Origin: Dyella caseinilytica
Lineage (GTDB): Bacteria > Pseudomonadota > Gammaproteobacteria > Xanthomonadales > Rhodanobacteraceae
Direction: 5' to 3'
DNA: 40,000 nucleotides
Assembly (NCBI RefSeq): GCF_016865235.1
Contig: NZ_CP064030.1
Span: 3,902,603-3,942,602 of the forward strand
Shown here in pieces: positions 35,115 through 40,000 of this stretch (positions are counted from its first letter, which is position 1; each line of letters begins with the position of its first letter). Position numbers and translations under genes: made by a program. Under the pieces are notes generated by a model that saw nothing but the letters and a program-made list of their open reading frames with translations, made no database searches and was not told where the DNA came from.

Positions 35115-36737
35115 ATGACGGCAAACCAGGCTCAACCGCCGGTGGATCGCGCGGCCGGCTTGTCGCCATCGGCACGCCGTTTTCTGGAAGAAGCCGGCAG
35201 GGCTTTGAGTCGTGGCCAGCCGGATGTGGCCGAACGCTCCCTGGTCAGCGTGCTCGCGCTGGCACCCAAGAGTGCCGAAGCCCACATGCTCCTGGGTGTC
35301 GCATCTCAGATGCAGGGTGATCACGCAAAAGCTGCCGATGCACTCAATCACGCGTTGAGCCTTCGCCCTGACGACGCTGTCACCTTGATGTATCTGGGCA
35401 TCTCGCTTTTTGAAAGAGGCGCTGTAGAACAGGCTTTGTTTTCGTTCGAGCGTGCGTGCGAACTGGCTCCGGAGATGGCGCCCGCCTGGTACAACCTTGG
35501 CAAGGCACTCAAGGTGCAACTTCGCAGGGTGGAAGCATGTAGCGCGATGGAGCATGTCTTGAAGCTTGATCCGGGACATATCCTGGCGCGCACGAGTCTG
35601 GCAGATACCCAGATAGGTCTGGGTGATATTCCAGCTGCCGTGGCGAACTATCGCGAAGTATTGCGCCGCCAACCCGAACATCCGGAAGCATGGTACGCGC
35701 TGGCAAATCTGAAGACCGTGCCGCTGAGCGACAAAGACGTCACGCAATTGCAGCGAGCGTTTCGCAAACCGGGACTGCCTGCAGATGCGCGGATCTCGCT
35801 GGGTTTTGCATTGGCGAAAGCGCTGGAAGACCAGGCCTCTTATGCAGCATCTTTTGACGTCTTGCGCGAAGCCAATGCGTTGAAGCGGCGACATGTTCAG
35901 TGGAATGCGACGGAAGAGCATTCGCGCGTCGATGCCATCATGACCGCCTTTGCGCAGCCGATGCCCGAACCCATCGATCCCACGCTGGGCAGCGAGGTCA
36001 TCTTCATTGCGAGCCTTCCGCGTTCCGGATCGACACTCATCGAGCAGATCCTTGCATCGCATCCGCTTGTCGAAGGCGCTGACGAAATCACCGATCTGCC
36101 ACAAGTCATCGAAGACGAATCAAAGCGACGTGGGCAGCCCTTCCCGCAATGGGTTGCATCCACTACGGCGGAAGACTGGGCGCGCCTTGGTCGCGAATAC
36201 CTCGCACGCACTGCCCGCTGGCGCACACAGCGCCCGCGTTTCACCGACAAGAACATGTTGAATTGGGAATATGCCGGTGCCGCGCTGGCGATGTTGCCCG
36301 GCGCACGCGTGGTGAACTGCCATCGCGATCCGGTCGAAACGTGTTTTGCATGCTATCGCCAGCTCTTCAGTAATGGCTCGCATTTCAGCTACAACCTGGA
36401 TGATATGGCGAGCTATTACCTGGATTTCGTACGACTCTGCCGCTACTGGCAACATCGCTATCCGCAAAAAGTGCTCGACTATTCCTACGAGGGATTGCTT
36501 GCCGATACGGAACCACAGATTCGCCGCTTGCTGGATTTCTGTGGCTTGAGCTTCGATCCGGCCTGTCTCGATTTCCACAAGACTTCGCGCGTTGTGCTGA
36601 GCACTGCCAGCGCCGCACAAGTGCGCCAGCCACTGCGCAAAGACACCGCACGCGGCATGCACTACGAAGCACAGCTCGCACCGCTACGCGCCCGTCTCGA
36701 GGATGGACTGCGGTTGCCAGGCACACTGCGCGACTAA
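35115..36737 (+). CDS. TPR-repeat-containing sulfotransferase (PAPS-dependent, cytoplasmic)
   Basis: I prefer the ATG at 35115 (MTANQAQPP...). The TTG at 35082 is an alternative. The N-terminal ~250 aa are TPR repeats (AEAHMLLGVASQMQGDHAKAADALNHALSLRPDDA...). The C-terminal half has the sulfotransferase 5'-PSB loop SLPRSGSTLIEQIL and a 3'-PB-like NCHRDPVETCFACY. There is no signal peptide. Confidence 0.85.
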   Translation: MTANQAQPPVDRAAGLSPSARRFLEEAGRALSRGQPDVAERSLVSVLALAPKSAEAHMLLGVASQMQGDHAKAADALNHALSLRPDDAVTLMYLGISLFERGAVEQALFSFERACELAPEMAPAWYNLGKALKVQLRRVEACSAMEHVLKLDPGHILARTSLADTQIGLGDIPAAVANYREVLRRQPEHPEAWYALANLKTVPLSDKDVTQLQRAFRKPGLPADARISLGFALAKALEDQASYAASFDVLREANALKRRHVQWNATEEHSRVDAIMTAFAQPMPEPIDPTLGSEVIFIASLPRSGSTLIEQILASHPLVEGADEITDLPQVIEDESKRRGQPFPQWVASTTAEDWARLGREYLARTARWRTQRPRFTDKNMLNWEYAGAALAMLPGARVVNCHRDPVETCFACYRQLFSNGSHFSYNLDDMASYYLDFVRLCRYWQHRYPQKVLDYSYEGLLADTEPQIRRLLDFCGLSFDPACLDFHKTSRVVLSTASAAQVRQPLRKDTARGMHYEAQLAPLRARLEDGLRLPGTLRD

Positions 36738-36760
36738 TCTTCGATAGGCAGTGCTCCAAC

Positions 36761-36791
36761 AAAAAGGCCGCCGGAAACCGGCGGCCTTTTG
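36761..36791. terminator. bidirectional rho-independent terminator
   Basis: aaaaggccgccgg-aaa-ccggcggcctttt lies between the convergent stops at 36737 and 36844. Confidence 0.85.
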
Positions 36792-36803
36792 CGTTGCTTG
36801 ATA

Positions 36804-36829
36804 CGAAGTGGCTGAGGCCAGCCACTTCG
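36804..36829 (-). terminator. perfect 11-bp hairpin immediately downstream of the second receptor gene
   Basis: cgaagtggctg-aggc-cagccacttcg. It has no U-tract of its own and is in tandem with the bidirectional terminator at 36761-36791. Confidence 0.45.
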
Positions 36830-36843
36830 CCTTGCTTTGCTGC

Positions 36844-39800
36844 TTACCAGTCGTAGGTGACGCCCAACTGGATGGTACGAGGAGCCTCCACCGCAGCACC
36901 GCCATCGGCCAGGATGTAAGCGGCCTTGTACTGAGAAGCCGGGACTGACGTCTGGCCGTAGTACGGGTTGATCTGGGTGAGCTTCTGTTCGTTGGTGATG
37001 TTGCGGATCTGAAGCTGGAAGGCCAACTTCTTGTCCGCCCATTCCGGACGATACTGCAGCGCCACGTCCAGCGTGTGCAGCCATGGCGTGTAACCCGTGC
37101 TGCCCGAGGGAGCCGGCACACCGCCGCACCAGTGGTAAGCACCCGGCGCCGCCGCGGTATAACCGAGCGGGTCGGTCTGGGCCACACCGAAGTAACCCAT
37201 GCACTGTTCCGGGGTACCCGAAGCCAGCGTCAACACGCCGCTGACCGACCATTCCGGCAGGAACTGATAGGTACCATAGCCCTTCAACACGTGCTTGCGG
37301 CTGTTGGCCTGGATGCCATTGGAATACTGCATCAGCTGGCTGAAGTCCCACTGCGTGGTAGCCGACACCGATGTGGAGCCCTGACCGATGTTCGACTGCA
37401 CCGGACCTTCGGTGGTGCCGTAGCTCTTGGAGTACACGTAGTCCAGCTTGGCCGTCCACTTACCATCCCACGGATGTTCCAGGAACATTTCCAGCGAGTA
37501 GTAGTTGCGGTAGGCCGGCGGGAAGCCCATCTGCGTCGGGGTCAACGAGCCAGAGACATAACCACCGTTGAGGTTCTTGACCAGATAGTTATTGGTCGAA
37601 CCCGGGTTGATCAGGATACTGCCGTTGATGAACAGCGGACCGCAGTTGGCCAGCGGGCTGACAGGCTGGTTGAGCAAACCCGGGTTCGCTGCCAGAAGTG
37701 CATTACACAGCGTGTAAGGACCTTCGGCGGTATCGTCCACGATGCGGCCCAGCTTGGTCCAGGTGCCCGTTACGCCGTAATCCCAAGCAGGATTGATCTG
37801 CTGCTGGAAACCCAGCACGTACGAATCCTGATACTCGGCGCCGAGATTGCGCGAAGCAATCGTCGAAGCATCGAGCGGCTGGCCGTACTCGTAGTTCGCC
37901 GACACCGGAACGCTCGGACCCGCCGTCTGGCCAAGCGAAGGAATCGGGGTCAGGCCAGTCGGGATACCGGTCGATGTAATACCACTATAGGTGTAGTACT
38001 GCGCGGTGTAGGTGGAGGCGGCAGCCTCACGCAAGGCCACGCCCGCCGGCAGCGCAAGATAGTAGCGACCGGCATTGCCGAACAGCTTCATGCTGGAGTC
38101 GCCGAGGATGTCCCAGCTGAAGCCCAAGCGCGGTGCCCACTGCGGCTTGGTCAAGCGCACATAGGCTTCGCCGTCGGGGTTGTAGTTGGTGAACTCTTCG
38201 TCACGCACACCCAGGTTCAGCAACAGGTTCGGCGTGACCTGCCAGGTATCCTTCAAGTACTGCGCACGCTGCGCCACTTGCACCGTGGAGTTGGTCGTGT
38301 AGACATACTTCTCGACCTGGTACGGCGTGTTGACCGGAGCAACGTAGGGGCTCACGTTTGGCGACGTGCCAACGACGGGTTCGCCCACCGTGGTCGTCAC
38401 ATAACCCCATGCATAGCCCGGACCGGTCATCAGCTGACCGTCTTGGATATCGCGCGTCGTCTGATTGTCGATACCCGCCTGCAGCGTGTGATCGCCCAGC
38501 TTGTAGGTCAAGTCGAAGCGGACGTTGATGTTTTCCGACTTGTGCAGCGGGTTGTTGATGTTCGCGTAGTTGTTGTTGCTGATACACGCCTGGGACGGGC
38601 ACAGCGAGGGATCTTCATTCTGTTGATTGAAGATATTCGGCGCCGACGGCGCATCGGGCTGCACCGTGTAGTACGTGCCATCCATCTTGCCGACCAATGC
38701 ATTCAAGGTCAGGTCGTCGGTGATGTACGAGGTGAACTTGGCGACATAGATGTTGAAGCTGTTCTTGGTCGACTGGTTGTAGCCGGCGAAGTCGCCTTCG
38801 GAGCGGTTCGCGTAGTCGTAGTTGTAGAACGTACCGTCGTACTGGTGCGACGAACGAATGTCGGTCAGCGACAGAATGTTCGAATCGGTGATGTTCCAGT
38901 CGACTTTCGCGTAGTACTTCGGATTGGTGAAGTGGTTGTTGTACTCGTACGGCTGAGTGGTCGGTCCCACCTGCTGCTGATCGACGCGATCGGCTTCGGC
39001 CGCCAGGAAGAAGAACAACTTGTCCTTGATCAGCGGACCACCGACATAGGCGTCATAGGTCTGCTCCCACTGACTATTGGAATTGCGATAGTCGAGGATC
39101 TTGCCGTCATAAGCGGGCGTGTTCGGATTGGCGTAGAACAGATTGCTCTGCGTACCCTGTACACCCGACGGCTGCCAGAAAATAGCGCCGCCGAAATGCC
39201 ACGTATTGGTACCGCTCGCGCCCACCTGGCTGATCACGCCACCGGTGGAACGACCGTATTCCGGACCGTAACCATTGGTCAGCGTTTCCTGCTGAGCAAT
39301 CGCACCGTAGGGCAGCGTCACGCCGCCTGAGTTGCCGAGCGGGTCGGAGGTGTTGAAGCCGTTGATGTAGTACGCATTCTCAGCGACCGACGAACCGCCG
39401 AACGAAACCAGCGGCTCACCCGTCTTGCCGCCGCCGAGCGCGCTGGCGCCTTGCACCGTGCCCGGAGCCAACAAGGCGATCGCCGCACCGGTACGCGCCA
39501 ACGGCAGATTCTTCAGCTGCTCGGAGGTGATGACGGTGCTTTCCTGCGTCGAGCTCACGTCGATCGGCGGAATCGCATTCGCGGTCACCATCACCGAAGA
39601 CAAGCTTTGGGCATTGGCGGCGCCCGAGGCAGCGGCGAAGTCGACCGTCACAGCACCGGCAGCAGGGGCAGTGACGCCCGTCTTCGTCTGCACGGCCTTA
39701 CCGTCCTGGATCAGGGTCACGTCATACGTGCCGACCGGCAGCGTGACGCTATAGCGGCCGGACTTGTCGACCGGCACGACACGGTTGAAACCCGAACCAC

Positions 39801-39972
39801 CCACGATCTGCACCGTTTCACCGGCAGCCACCGGCGCCTGGCCGAAAATCGTGCCATTGGTGGACTGTGCGAGAACGCTCCCTGAAAAACCGAATCCCAT
39901 GGCAACAGCCACAGCCAACGCGGTATGACGTACCGGCATCCTGGATGCAGGCGCAAGTTTCTTGGTATTCAT
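36844..39972 (-). CDS. TonB-dependent receptor, Oar-like (paralogue of 31786..34833)
   Basis: 1042 aa. The signal peptide is ...VAVAMGFGFSGSVLAQS and the CarboxypepD_reg-like domain includes GRYSVTLPVGTYDVTL. It shares long blocks with the first receptor (ENAYYINGF, DAYVGGPLIKDKLFFFL, QWAPRLGxSWD..GDSS.KL..N.GRYYLALP). The C-terminus is QLGVTYDW. Confidence 0.9.
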   Translation of the reverse strand: MNTKKLAPASRMPVRHTALAVAVAMGFGFSGSVLAQSTNGTIFGQAPVAAGETVQIVGGSGFNRVVPVDKSGRYSVTLPVGTYDVTLIQDGKAVQTKTGVTAPAAGAVTVDFAAASGAANAQSLSSVMVTANAIPPIDVSSTQESTVITSEQLKNLPLARTGAAIALLAPGTVQGASALGGGKTGEPLVSFGGSSVAENAYYINGFNTSDPLGNSGGVTLPYGAIAQQETLTNGYGPEYGRSTGGVISQVGASGTNTWHFGGAIFWQPSGVQGTQSNLFYANPNTPAYDGKILDYRNSNSQWEQTYDAYVGGPLIKDKLFFFLAAEADRVDQQQVGPTTQPYEYNNHFTNPKYYAKVDWNITDSNILSLTDIRSSHQYDGTFYNYDYANRSEGDFAGYNQSTKNSFNIYVAKFTSYITDDLTLNALVGKMDGTYYTVQPDAPSAPNIFNQQNEDPSLCPSQACISNNNYANINNPLHKSENINVRFDLTYKLGDHTLQAGIDNQTTRDIQDGQLMTGPGYAWGYVTTTVGEPVVGTSPNVSPYVAPVNTPYQVEKYVYTTNSTVQVAQRAQYLKDTWQVTPNLLLNLGVRDEEFTNYNPDGEAYVRLTKPQWAPRLGFSWDILGDSSMKLFGNAGRYYLALPAGVALREAAASTYTAQYYTYSGITSTGIPTGLTPIPSLGQTAGPSVPVSANYEYGQPLDASTIASRNLGAEYQDSYVLGFQQQINPAWDYGVTGTWTKLGRIVDDTAEGPYTLCNALLAANPGLLNQPVSPLANCGPLFINGSILINPGSTNNYLVKNLNGGYVSGSLTPTQMGFPPAYRNYYSLEMFLEHPWDGKWTAKLDYVYSKSYGTTEGPVQSNIGQGSTSVSATTQWDFSQLMQYSNGIQANSRKHVLKGYGTYQFLPEWSVSGVLTLASGTPEQCMGYFGVAQTDPLGYTAAAPGAYHWCGGVPAPSGSTGYTPWLHTLDVALQYRPEWADKKLAFQLQIRNITNEQKLTQINPYYGQTSVPASQYKAAYILADGGAAVEAPRTIQLGVTYDW

Positions 39973-40000
39973 TTGGTAAAACCCCCAGCGGCAAGAATTT

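Noticed and set aside
34830-36104. 424-aa minus-strand ORF
   Set aside because: It is antisense to the TPR-sulfotransferase and runs through a strong terminator and the spacer. It is a shadow ORF.
37075-39330. 751-aa plus-strand ORF (and likewise 32305..33291 on the minus strand)
   Set aside because: Both are antisense to the two TonB-dependent receptor genes. The products are Arg/Val/Gly/His-rich, with no signal peptide and no recognisable domain.
1-40000. Search for CRISPR arrays, tRNA/rRNA genes, IS elements, integrases, toxin-antitoxin or known defence genes
   Set aside because: I saw no regularly spaced repeat arrays, no cloverleaf-compatible intergenic segments, no transposase- or integrase-like ORFs and no long terminal inverted repeats. 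The only repeats are short operator-like or hairpin elements, and those are listed above.

Overview
This is a high-GC gammaproteobacterial chromosome segment. Protein signatures suggest Xanthomonadales/Rhodanobacteraceae, but that is only a guess. I call 33 protein-coding genes. I found no rRNA, tRNA, CRISPR array, IS element or integrase. Housekeeping genes: aceE (pyruvate dehydrogenase E1), maeB (NADP-malic enzyme), rsgA, an AlaA-like aminotransferase, a GST, a DUF883/ElaB-like protein and two MFS transporters. Two regions look accessory. (1) Positions 7599-21628 hold 15 same-strand, largely translationally coupled genes wedged between aceE and maeB. They encode a three-component alpha-only Rieske oxygenase, an extradiol dioxygenase, an alpha/beta hydrolase, two SDRs, a cupin, an aspartate-dehydrogenase-like enzyme, an aldehyde dehydrogenase, a TPP enzyme, an embedded IclR regulator, an MFS transporter and an outer-membrane channel. 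A roughly 600 bp AT-rich leader precedes them. I cannot map this gene set onto any characterised aromatic pathway, and it is my best candidate for an undescribed catabolic system. (2) Positions 31229-39972 hold two convergent, paralogous Oar-like TonB-dependent receptors. They bracket a terminator-insulated cytoplasmic TPR-sulfotransferase. The first receptor has a long, repeat-bearing, structured leader. Also notable are a glutaredoxin/IscA-like/rhodanese triple fusion and a membrane-embedded LytTR regulator. The many long ORFs antisense to real genes are high-GC shadow ORFs and were rejected. All functional calls rest on motif and family recognition by eye; no searches were run.
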